Shown here in pieces: positions 26,884 to 34,786 of a stretch of 35,788 bases of DNA. The notes beneath the pieces were generated by a model, which worked only from the letters and a program-made list of their open reading frames with translations, searched no databases and was not told the DNA's origin. Source of the DNA: Chloroflexi bacterium RBG_16_57_11 (GTDB taxonomy: Bacteria; Chloroflexota; Anaerolineae; Anaerolineales; UBA4823); contig MGNS01000101.1 in NCBI GenBank assembly GCA_001795165.1, positions 19,938-55,725 on the forward strand. Reading direction: 5' to 3'. Position 1 is the first letter of the stretch. The number at the start of each line of letters is the position of its first letter. A program made the position numbers and the translations under genes.

Positions 26884-28839
26884 TCAGGCTTCCCAAGAGG
26901 TTTCGTCCCATTCGCCACCGCGCTTGCGTTTCTTCTTGACTACCATTGCGTTACGATCGGGATCGAATTCCATCTCGACAAACTTCTTCTTCTTTTTCTT
27001 CTTCTTCTTATCGTCTTCATCTTCGAGATCCTCTTCATCCGAGGTCTCGTAGGTCAAGACATCTGGGCGCAGAGCGAACAACTGGTCGAAAGTGCTGGGT
27101 TCTTCTTCCTCAGCTCCCTCACCCGCAGGAGCAGCAACTGCTTCCATCGCTACAGCCTCTTCTATTTCAGGCTCTTCAACCACGACCGGCTCGACCTCCG
27201 GCGCAGTTACTTCTTCAAGCGGCACCTCGATCTCGACCTTAGCTTCAGCCACAACCGGCGTAACCTGGACGGGCTCTTCAGCCGGCAGTGCCTCTACCGC
27301 TGCGACTTCTTCCGGAAGAGCCTCAACCTCCGCCGGCGCTAACTGAGCCTCCAACCGGTCCAGAGAGGTCTGTAATTCTTGCATGGCTTTTGGACCCATT
27401 CCGCTCAACTTCCAGATCGAATCGGGGTCGAGTTTCATTTGAAGCATTAAATCGCCAACGGTCTGTAAGCCAGTTTCACTGATCACTGCGTAGACGCGAT
27501 CAGAGACATCGAACTTTTCCAGGGGGATTTCAAATGCCGCCGCAGGGATGCTTTCCCTGGCCTGCACGACCCGCTCGTCCTCCACCTGCTCTTCATCCTT
27601 ACGCTGGCGGATTACCCCGCGCTCAACCCGGTCTACAAACTGGGTCAGCAGGTAGTACTCTTCAGGTGTGACGGGGCGACCCTCGGCTTTCTTCGCCAGG
27701 ATTGCCTCAACCTGCGGAAGCACATCCGCTTCGTGGCCAGAAAGCTCGACAAATTCCGGATCTTGCAAAAGTTTATCGCGAGCATCACTGGCTGCCTCGG
27801 GCAGGCTCTTGATATCGATGCGCCAGGCAGTCAGCTTGGCTGCCAGGCGGGCGTTTTGACCGTCGCGACCGATCGCCAGGCTGAGCTGATCTTCAGGCAC
27901 GACTACGGTGGCAGTCTTGGCGCCCTTGGCAGCGTCATTCAAGAAGACACCCGAAACACGCGCCGGGCTTAGCGCCTTGGCGATATAAACAGATGGGTCG
28001 GCGCTCCATTCGATGACGTCGATTTTCTCATCATTTAGCTCGCGTACGATCGCCTGGATGCGCACACCACGGATGCCAACACACGCCCCGACCGGATCCA
28101 CTCCAGCCTGAAGCGCGGCCACAGCTACTTTCGAGCGTTGACCTGGCTCACGTGCTATCGAGCGGATCTCCACCATGCCATGATAGATTTCCGGCACTTC
28201 GTTTTCAAGCAGGCGGCGTAAAAAATTTCGGTGAGCGCGTGAAAGGATAATCTGCGGACCGCGTGGCGTGGGCTTGACTTCCAATAGCAAAGCACGCACC
28301 CGGTCGTGTACGCGGAACCGTTCGCCAGGGATCATTTGCGTGCGCGGCATCGAGCCTTCGGCCTTCATTTCCAAGCCGAGGGTAACACCCTGGGCGTTAA
28401 CTGCCTGCACCAAACCAGAGATAATTTCCCCTACCTGCTTACCGAAGTGATTAAACTGTGCGTCACGCTCAGCTTCTCGGATGCGTTGCTGGATCACCTG
28501 GCGCGCTGTTTGCGCGGCCACACGGCCAAAGTTCTTGGGGGTTGTTTCTACAACCACCATGCTGCCGATGGCGGCTTCTTCATCGACCTTAACCGCATCC
28601 ATCAGGGCGACCTCAGTACGCTCATCTTCGACCGAATCAACCACTTCTTTCTCGGCGTAGATGGTAACCTTGCCTGTTTCAGAATCGATGATCGCATCCA
28701 CACGCTGCGCGTTCGAAGCATTGACGTGACGACGGTAAGCAGAAGCCAACGCAGCCTGTAGCGCGTCGATCACCACATCCTTCGGTAGCCCCTTTTCTTC
28801 AATCACTTCGTTAAAGGCTAAGACGAACTCGTTCTTCAT
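26884..28839 (-). CDS. nusA: Transcription termination/antitermination factor NusA with a long acidic and poly-Lys C-terminal extension
   Basis: The N-terminal domain starts [19 protein letters not shown]. It is followed by S1, KH1/KH2 ([31 protein letters not shown]) and an HhH-like repeat. The tail is about 150 aa. ATG at 28839 is preferred over the tracked 28875. Confidence 0.93.
   Translation of the reverse strand: MKNEFVLAFNEVIEEKGLPKDVVIDALQAALASAYRRHVNASNAQRVDAIIDSETGKVTIYAEKEVVDSVEDERTEVALMDAVKVDEEAAIGSMVVVETTPKNFGRVAAQTARQVIQQRIREAERDAQFNHFGKQVGEIISGLVQAVNAQGVTLGLEMKAEGSMPRTQMIPGERFRVHDRVRALLLEVKPTPRGPQIILSRAHRNFLRRLLENEVPEIYHGMVEIRSIAREPGQRSKVAVAALQAGVDPVGACVGIRGVRIQAIVRELNDEKIDVIEWSADPSVYIAKALSPARVSGVFLNDAAKGAKTATVVVPEDQLSLAIGRDGQNARLAAKLTAWRIDIKSLPEAASDARDKLLQDPEFVELSGHEADVLPQVEAILAKKAEGRPVTPEEYYLLTQFVDRVERGVIRQRKDEEQVEDERVVQARESIPAAAFEIPLEKFDVSDRVYAVISETGLQTVGDLMLQMKLDPDSIWKLSGMGPKAMQELQTSLDRLEAQLAPAEVEALPEEVAAVEALPAEEPVQVTPVVAEAKVEIEVPLEEVTAPEVEPVVVEEPEIEEAVAMEAVAAPAGEGAEEEEPSTFDQLFALRPDVLTYETSDEEDLEDEDDKKKKKKKKKFVEMEFDPDRNAMVVKKKRKRGGEWDETSWEA
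26983..27009 (-). repeat. Imperfect (AAG)n purine tract encoding KKKKKKKKK within the nusA tail
   Basis: The plus strand reads CTTCTTCTTCTTTTTCTTCTTCTTCTT. It translates on the minus strand as a nine-lysine run flanked by acidic residues. Confidence 0.8.
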
Positions 28840-29045
28840 TCCTGATAATTCTCCGCCTGGAGTAATACTTGTCACACGATGCGTTTATATTGCCAATTGT
28901 GACGAATAACCTGGGTAACAAGCAGAAAAGTGGGGGATGCCCACTTTTCGTCAATGCCAGTAGCGTTGTGCGCTAACGACAACGTGATTATTTTATCATA
29001 GAAGCAATAGGAATGCAATATAGGCAGCCTTGATCTAACAAATTA

Positions 29046-29606
29046 TTAATACCTGTTCAGGTGTTTTTCCATACGCCAGGCGGGCTCATGCACCTCACGG
29101 CGATTTCCCTGATCGTCAAGATAAGACCAGCGACCAGGCTCAGCAGCTACCACCTGGTAGCCATAACGTTCATAGAATCGTCTTGCATCCGGATTATCAC
29201 GCCCCACGTTCAGCGTAACGAATTGGAAAGCACGCCCGGTCAGATCCCGCTCAACCGTCTGGAGGATGTGCCCGCCGACACCCTGGCTGCGATATTTTGG
29301 CCGGACGCGAAATCCATAAATATAGGCTCGAGAGACGCCATCTGCCAGCTCCTTGCGCGCGCTGTCAAGCTGGACAAAGACTTGACCGATGACGCCTTCG
29401 TTTTCCAGGTCACCCACCCATAATACAGCCTTACCCTGGCACGCGCTATGATAAATATCTCGGTACAGACGTCTGAAGTGCCGGTATTCGCCATCCCATT
29501 CAAGGGCTGGTAGATCATTCTGGATGACCTGTCGCACCAGCAATAGGTATAACCGTCCGGCGCCTGCTATAGATAGCGATGGGGGCACAAAAGTATGGTC
29601 GGTCAC
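29046..29606 (-). CDS. GNAT-family N-acetyltransferase
   Basis: Acetyl-CoA binding motif A (FRVRPKYRSQGVGGHIL) and the C-terminal ARRFYERYGYQVV. The GTG start overlaps the stop of the upstream gene (GTGA). Confidence 0.85.
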   Translation of the reverse strand: MTDHTFVPPSLSIAGAGRLYLLLVRQVIQNDLPALEWDGEYRHFRRLYRDIYHSACQGKAVLWVGDLENEGVIGQVFVQLDSARKELADGVSRAYIYGFRVRPKYRSQGVGGHILQTVERDLTGRAFQFVTLNVGRDNPDARRFYERYGYQVVAAEPGRWSYLDDQGNRREVHEPAWRMEKHLNRY

Positions 29607-32230
29607 AAAGTGCTCGCTTCGGTGTGGACGATTTCTTTGCTTCGCAGGAGTTCATCTAACAGCGCAAATTCTTCTTCCTGCGAATGCACCTGATCATCCA
29701 GCCATGCGCCGCGCAAGGCGTTCAAAATCTGGCGGTAATGTGGGCCGGGTGACACACCACGTTTTTTCAACAAATGCCCGTCGGTGAAGGGCTGCATTTT
29801 TTGCCAGCGGGCGACAAAACTCTGGATTATGTTACGCAACTTTACATCGGAGGTAGCCAGGTAGAGGGCGTAGCATGCCAATGGCGGCACATCTTCCAGA
29901 CGCTCGGTGATCAGGCTTGGCCGTGCTGACGCCAGACTATGCCGGTCACGCCATAGTGCGCAGGCTGCCAGGATGACTCGTGCCAGTTGCACAGGAAGCT
30001 TCAGGCGTCGCGCCACCCCATCCGCTTGTTCAGGCGCCAGCTCGATCAGCCAAAGAGTGTAACCAAGCTCCCTTCGTAGCGTGGTTGGGTCAACGCTAAC
30101 CCCCCAATACACCTCAGGCTGAAGATTATCCAGTAATTCCAGGCGGGCATATAACCAATCGTCCCATGTCAGGCTGGCATGAATTGCAGCCAACAAATCC
30201 AGACTATGTAACCGGCTGATTACCTGCGGGGCGATGCTGGAGGTCAGGATTTGGTTCAGCTCATGGCGGATACGATCTCCGGATAGACGCTCGATTAACG
30301 AGCGCGCCTCAAGAAGTAATTGCATCGTTCGCTGCTCGATCCGAAAGGCGAAGCGTTGCTCGAAACGCGCAGCACGTAGAATTCGCGTTGGGTCATCGAC
30401 AAACGACAACGAATGTAGCACACGCACTAACCCGGCCCGCAGATCCGAAAGCCCACCCCAATAATCATGTAGCTCGCCATAATGGCGCCCATCCAGGCGT
30501 AGGGCGAGGGTATTGATTGTGAAGTCGCGGCGGTGCAGATCTAGCTTGATGCTTCCGCGCTCGACGGTTGGCAACGCAGTCGGATGAGTATAAAATTCGG
30601 TGCGAGCAGAAACTAGATCAACGCTTTGAAGACCTTCCACTTTGATCTTGCCCGGATTTTCCCCATTTCGTTCGGCCAGACGCCATTTCGCCGTCCCGAA
30701 GCGAGAGTGTCCCGTCACCCGGCCGCCATACCGTTCCGCCAGGGCGCGCGCCAAGGCAATCGCGTCGCCTTCGACGACCAGGTCGAAATCCAAACTAGGT
30801 CGCTCGAGCAACAAGTCGCGCACGAAGCCTCCCACGATATATAAGGCAGCACGCTGTTCGTACGCCACCGTTGCAATGATCTTCAACAAGACCAATCGAT
30901 CGGCAGGCAGGGCGGTCTCCAGACGGGCTGTCAGGTTGAGGCGACCCGGGGTCATCGGCTCAGGCGCCAGGTTCTTAAGCAGGTCAGTCCGGGTAACGAT
31001 CCCCACGATTTCCCCACTCTGGGGTTCCACAACAGGAATTTGCCCCCAACCGGTTTCGGTCACCAGGCGCTGGACATGTTCGATCGCATCATCCGGCGCG
31101 ACGGTATAACCGCCCACTTCCATCACACGGGAGACCGGGTAATTTAGCTTATGCGAGATTGTGCGATCCACCGCCCTGCGGGTGATCAACCCAACGACCT
31201 TACCATGGTCGACCACCGGGTAACCCTCATAGCCATAAAGGCGCATGCGTCGATGGGCTTCCTCGACGGGTGTATCGGGACGCAAAACTTGCGGGCCACG
31301 CGACATGATTTGCGCAACAGTAACCGCCGGATGAACGTACTCAGGTAACGTTTCGAGCAATTCGGCCAGAACGCTTTCCAGGTCGCGGCCGCGGATCAGG
31401 CAGGCCGCAGCCCGCTCGTGCCCCCCTCCGCCAAAGCGCGCCGCGACCGCGGCGACATCGATATGATCGCTCGTCGACCGGGCGATAAATTGAACCCCAC
31501 CCCGGGTGGTAACCAGGACAAAAATTGCATCCGGATCCAGCAGGTCGCGCAGCTTGTGGGTGATGGAGGATAGCTCTTCATCCATGTGCTGGGCGTGTCC
31601 CGTTGTGACCACGATCCTGTGCCCCTGAATGTGGTGGGTTTGTGCGGAAGTACGCAGGTGGTCGTATAACGCTTGCTGGGCTTGAGAGAGTGGGTGGTTG
31701 AGGAAATCCGCTGCAATATTCAGGCTTGCCCCTTGCTCAAGGAGAAAAGATGCAGCACGCAAATCGCGCGGTGTCGTGCGTGTGTAGGTCAAAGAACCGG
31801 TGTCTTCATATATCCCTAATAACATCAAGGTGGCATGGATCGGATTGAGCAGTCCGTTGTGCTCCTGCAATTCTTCCACGAGCAATGTCGTGGTGGCGCC
31901 GATATCATGTGTAGTCACCGACCATTCAGCCGGTAAACTCTCGCGCACAGGATGGTGATCGATTACCTTTATCTCGGTCTCGCGGGTCATACCACGCACA
32001 CTTACCATCGATTGTGTGTCTACCAGCAGGACTTTCTCGACCGGTTCGGCGGGCAAGTCGCGGGGATCGACAAACGGCAGCTCGGCGCCGTACAGAGCCA
32101 GAAAAGCGCGCACGTTACGATTTAGACGCCTCGGCAGAACGGGTATAGCCGTCTCGAGCAGCAGGTGTGCACCTAATAGCGAGCCCAGGGCGTCGAAATC
32201 CGCTTGCTCGTGTGTGAGGATGATCTCCAT
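29603..32230 (-). CDS. Multidomain DHH-DHHA1 / CBS pair / tRNA nucleotidyltransferase (CCA-adding or poly(A) polymerase family) protein
   Basis: N-terminal DHH (THEQADFDALGS, VIDHH) and DHHA1 (GGGGHERAAA). Two CBS modules follow. The PolyA_pol head domain has YIVGGFVRDLLL, DFDLVVEGD and RRDFTINTLA, and an RNA-binding tail completes the 875 aa. Confidence 0.85.
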   Translation of the reverse strand: MEIILTHEQADFDALGSLLGAHLLLETAIPVLPRRLNRNVRAFLALYGAELPFVDPRDLPAEPVEKVLLVDTQSMVSVRGMTRETEIKVIDHHPVRESLPAEWSVTTHDIGATTTLLVEELQEHNGLLNPIHATLMLLGIYEDTGSLTYTRTTPRDLRAASFLLEQGASLNIAADFLNHPLSQAQQALYDHLRTSAQTHHIQGHRIVVTTGHAQHMDEELSSITHKLRDLLDPDAIFVLVTTRGGVQFIARSTSDHIDVAAVAARFGGGGHERAAACLIRGRDLESVLAELLETLPEYVHPAVTVAQIMSRGPQVLRPDTPVEEAHRRMRLYGYEGYPVVDHGKVVGLITRRAVDRTISHKLNYPVSRVMEVGGYTVAPDDAIEHVQRLVTETGWGQIPVVEPQSGEIVGIVTRTDLLKNLAPEPMTPGRLNLTARLETALPADRLVLLKIIATVAYEQRAALYIVGGFVRDLLLERPSLDFDLVVEGDAIALARALAERYGGRVTGHSRFGTAKWRLAERNGENPGKIKVEGLQSVDLVSARTEFYTHPTALPTVERGSIKLDLHRRDFTINTLALRLDGRHYGELHDYWGGLSDLRAGLVRVLHSLSFVDDPTRILRAARFEQRFAFRIEQRTMQLLLEARSLIERLSGDRIRHELNQILTSSIAPQVISRLHSLDLLAAIHASLTWDDWLYARLELLDNLQPEVYWGVSVDPTTLRRELGYTLWLIELAPEQADGVARRLKLPVQLARVILAACALWRDRHSLASARPSLITERLEDVPPLACYALYLATSDVKLRNIIQSFVARWQKMQPFTDGHLLKKRGVSPGPHYRQILNALRGAWLDDQVHSQEEEFALLDELLRSKEIVHTEASTL

Positions 32231-32349
32231 CAGGTTATTATACGTCAGAATAAGTTGCTTCGAAAAAGTGAAGCAACCGGTAAATCAAGCTTTGGGTTAT
32301 ATTTTAATGGGAACTGCCACATCCACCCAAGTATGGGATAATATCATGC

Positions 32350-32571
32350 ATGAAAGAGCAATCTTCAGATTCTTTGGATCTTGAATATCTTTGGGAGGCC
32401 TTGCTGTCTCGCCGGTCTGGACAAGTGCAAGTGGCTTTCAACTCGTTAGATGAGGAACGAAAAGCCGCGGTCTACAGCCACCTGCAGCGCATGGCCAGCG
32501 AGCCGGGTTGGCATCCAGAGCAGCGTTTATCGGCTCAAGCTGCGTTGGATGCGCTGAAAAATGAGGCATAA
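32350..32571 (+). CDS. Small hypothetical protein (73 aa)
   Basis: First ORF of a tightly packed + strand cluster. Its stop (32569-32571) lies within or adjacent to the start region of the next gene. No family recognised. Confidence 0.4.
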   Translation: MKEQSSDSLDLEYLWEALLSRRSGQVQVAFNSLDEERKAAVYSHLQRMASEPGWHPEQRLSAQAALDALKNEA

Positions 32572-32890
32572 TCCAGTGGATATTCAAGAGCTCACACAGG
32601 CCATGCACGATTTCGTGCGCTCGCAAGGCTGGTACGATGAGAAAAGCCTCCGTCCGCAAACGCTACGCAACCTGGCGATCTCCCTTAGCCTGGAAGCAAA
32701 CGAAGTTCTGGAACATTTCCAATGGGATGAGCGATTGAATAATCCTGAAGGATTCGCTGATGAGCTGGCAGATGTGGGGTTATATCTATTGCAAATCGCC
32801 AGTCTATCAGACATCGACCTGGAGCAGGCCATCCTGAACAAGCTGCAAAAAAACTACACCCGCAGGTGGGACGAAGATAATTTGAAATAA
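32561..32890 (+). CDS. MazG-like nucleotide pyrophosphohydrolase (all-alpha NTP-PPase, single domain)
   Basis: Metal-binding ExxE...ExxD pattern in LSLEANEVLEHFQW ... FADELADVGLYLLQIA, and a size of about 105 aa. An alternative GTG start at 32576 has GAGG 8 nt upstream. Confidence 0.75.
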   Translation: MRHNPVDIQELTQAMHDFVRSQGWYDEKSLRPQTLRNLAISLSLEANEVLEHFQWDERLNNPEGFADELADVGLYLLQIASLSDIDLEQAILNKLQKNYTRRWDEDNLK

Positions 32891-32891
32891 A

Positions 32892-33425
32892 ATGATCAAA
32901 AATGTCACTGTGTTCGGCGGCTCACGGCCGGACGATCAAGGTTACGCCCAGGCACTGGAGTTAGGTAAATTGCTGGGAGAGGCCGGGTTTGCGGTTTTGA
33001 CCGGCGGGTACATCGGCACGATGGAAGCCGTCTCGCGCGGCGCGGCTGAGGCGGGAGGCCAAGTCATTGGTGTCACCTGCGATGAAATTGAAGCCTGGCG
33101 TCCAACCAGCCCAAACCCATGGGTGATGGAAGAGCGACGCTATCCAACTTTACGCCAGCGGATCTCTGCCCTGATCGACGGTGGCCAGGCAGCGATCGCA
33201 TTGCCTGGCGGGCCTGGAACGCTGACAGAGATCATGGAAATGTGGAACCTCCTGCTGATCGAGGTGATCTCACCGCGCCCGCTGATCCTGGTTGGCGATG
33301 GCTGGCGGGCGACGATCGAACAATTCTTCCGCTCATTCGACAGCTACATACCTGAGGAACAGCGTCGCTGGATAATTTTCGCCGACAGCGTACAGCAGGC
33401 TGTGGAGATGCTTACCCGGGGATAA
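32892..33425 (+). CDS. LOG/TIGR00730-family protein (nucleotide 5'-monophosphate N-glycosidase, 'lysine decarboxylase-like')
   Basis: VFGGSR, LTGGYIGTMEAVSRGA and PGGPGTLTEIME are the LOG-family signatures. It starts 1 nt after the MazG-like stop. Confidence 0.85.
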   Translation: MIKNVTVFGGSRPDDQGYAQALELGKLLGEAGFAVLTGGYIGTMEAVSRGAAEAGGQVIGVTCDEIEAWRPTSPNPWVMEERRYPTLRQRISALIDGGQAAIALPGGPGTLTEIMEMWNLLLIEVISPRPLILVGDGWRATIEQFFRSFDSYIPEEQRRWIIFADSVQQAVEMLTRG

Positions 33426-33430
33426 ATTAG

Positions 33431-33685
33431 ATGCTGCGCATTTCTCTGCTTGGCGCCTTTCAGGTCGAACGCGATGGTGAGCTGCTGTCCGGGGACGAGT
33501 GGCGCGGCCGGCAGATGCGCACCATTCTAAAAATCCTGGCACACCGCGTTGGCGAAGTAATCCCCGCTGATCAATTCATCGAATTACTCTGGCCGGATGA
33601 GGACCCCACGGCTGCGTCATCCGCCAGCACTTGGGTCAGACCAGTGGCAAGGTCTAGCCCTAAGCTCATCGGTTCAAATCGATAA
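33431..33685 (+). pseudogene. N-terminal fragment of a SARP/BTAD-type (OmpR-like winged-helix) transcriptional regulator
   Basis: LRISLLGAFQVERDGELLSGDEWRGRQMRTILKILAHRVGEVIPADQFIELLWPDEDP matches the start of AfsR/DnrI/BTAD regulators. It loses the expected recognition-wing continuation and stops after 84 aa. No BTAD, ATPase or TPR part follows. Confidence 0.6.
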
Positions 33686-33699
33686 CAGTTGGACAATCA

Positions 33700-34215
33700 T
33701 TATCGAATCAGAATTCTTACTTTCTTTCCACCTCTGTTTTGAGCTTGCTTCAGCGTATCGAGTAGAGCCTGAAAGGCGGGTCGTGTATTTTCAGCTACAT
33801 ACCAATGCGTATCTTCACCCATCTGGGGCAAGAGGCGAACAACCTCTTCGACTGCCGGGAGCATTTCAACGATCGGCGTCCACGTCTTTTCTCGATCTTC
33901 CAACCTCTTCTTAAATTCCGCTTCGCTAAGCCTACCAATGATACGGCCCCATTCTGCTATGAACCGGTCATATTCATCGGGCGAGTAGAGCATGTCTTCA
34001 CCGTAATAAATCTCCGTGAGGACCCGAAGATTGACACTGGATTGTTCTTCTAACCGTGAAAACCATCGCAGTTTTGGAGATCCTTCGCTGTGTGTAATTG
34101 CACTCGAATAAGGCTCTAAAAATGAAATTAGAGGCTTCCCTACATTGATGCCATTTTCTCTATCTATTGATAGCGATTCGCCATTGTCTACTTCGAGAAA
34201 AGCGAAAAAACCCAT
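33700..34215 (-). CDS. Putative immunity protein for the adjacent nuclease-like toxin domain (hypothetical, no family recognised)
   Basis: ATG at 34215 has AAGGG 7 nt upstream and lies 40 nt after the stop of the nuclease-like ORF. The protein is 171 aa and cytoplasmic-looking, and the gene is AT-richer than the flanks. The tracked start at 34287 would overlap the upstream ORF. Confidence 0.5.
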   Translation of the reverse strand: MGFFAFLEVDNGESLSIDRENGINVGKPLISFLEPYSSAITHSEGSPKLRWFSRLEEQSSVNLRVLTEIYYGEDMLYSPDEYDRFIAEWGRIIGRLSEAEFKKRLEDREKTWTPIVEMLPAVEEVVRLLPQMGEDTHWYVAENTRPAFQALLDTLKQAQNRGGKKVRILIR

Positions 34216-34255
34216 GCTTGAACCCTTTCGTTGCCATTTGGTTACAAATATGATA

Positions 34256-34786
34256 TTAAGGATATATTCTGCCTCCCTCCTTAACAAGATATACCTGGTC
34301 AGTCAAAGTAATCCATGTCGTTTCTAGCAAGAAAGTTCGAGAAGGGTGAAGCCGAGCTTCTCCAATTACTCCGGTCAATGTTGCCCTATCGATCGCTCCA
34401 CCCGACCACTTGACTTCAATATACCTTATCGTACCCATATTTGTTACCATCAAATCATACCCTTCGGACGTGGAATTCACTTCTTCCAGCTTACCCTGGT
34501 TATAATAATATATCGCTCGTTCCGATTCGAATTTTCTACCCATAATAAAATTGTAAATTTTTGCACTTTCAAGCTGGCTTATTAATCCCGGAATACCTGG
34601 AATGTAACTTATATATTCCAAGTCGTTCTTAATCTGCGATATTTCTCTCCCTGGATTATACGCACCTAATTCTGAGAAGTAGAAAATGTGCTTAGGTTCA
34701 GGTGTTTCAGGTGGTTTGGTTGGATTTTGGGTTCCGGAGAAGGCTGTTTTTGTGGGTCTGGTTGAACAGGCCGTGTATATAACCAT
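34256..34786 (-). CDS. PD-(D/E)xK nuclease-like (DUF3883-like) domain ORF, probable toxin tip of the Rhs protein lying in the -1 frame
   Basis: A Pro-rich linker (NPTKPPETPEPK) leads to GRKFESERAIYYY...GYDLMVTNMGTIRYIEVKWSGG...EARL...VYLVKEGG. The D...(E)VK arrangement is typical of restriction-endonuclease-fold domains. It overlaps the Rhs ORF by 121 nt and has no credible RBS at 34786. Confidence 0.5.
   Translation of the reverse strand: MVIYTACSTRPTKTAFSGTQNPTKPPETPEPKHIFYFSELGAYNPGREISQIKNDLEYISYIPGIPGLISQLESAKIYNFIMGRKFESERAIYYYNQGKLEEVNSTSEGYDLMVTNMGTIRYIEVKWSGGAIDRATLTGVIGEARLHPSRTFLLETTWITLTDQVYLVKEGGRIYP

Noticed and set aside
26983-27009. The (AAG)n tract in nusA, considered as a phase-variation or contingency repeat.
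   Set aside because: The repeat is imperfect, made of in-frame triplets, and sits in an essential gene. Length changes would only vary the Lys run, not switch expression.
28925-28949. A 10-bp hairpin (GAAAAGTGGG/CCCACTTTTC) between the GNAT gene and nusA.
   Set aside because: It is plausibly a terminator for the upstream minus-strand operon, but the trailing sequence (UGCUUGUU) is only weakly U-rich. It is not called with confidence.
33597-34053. + strand ORFs 33597..33914 and 33805..34053, considered as possible frameshifted continuations of the SARP regulator.
   Set aside because: Their translations show no BTAD, ATPase or TPR character and lie antisense to the better-supported immunity-candidate gene. 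The regulator appears truly truncated.
34666-34786. A programmed -1 ribosomal frameshift signal in the Rhs/nuclease overlap.
   Set aside because: No canonical X XXY YYZ heptamer lies in the correct phase. CAA AAA C offers only single-tRNA slippage, and I saw no obvious downstream stimulatory structure. It is kept only as one of several hypotheses, and a homopolymer indel is at least as likely.
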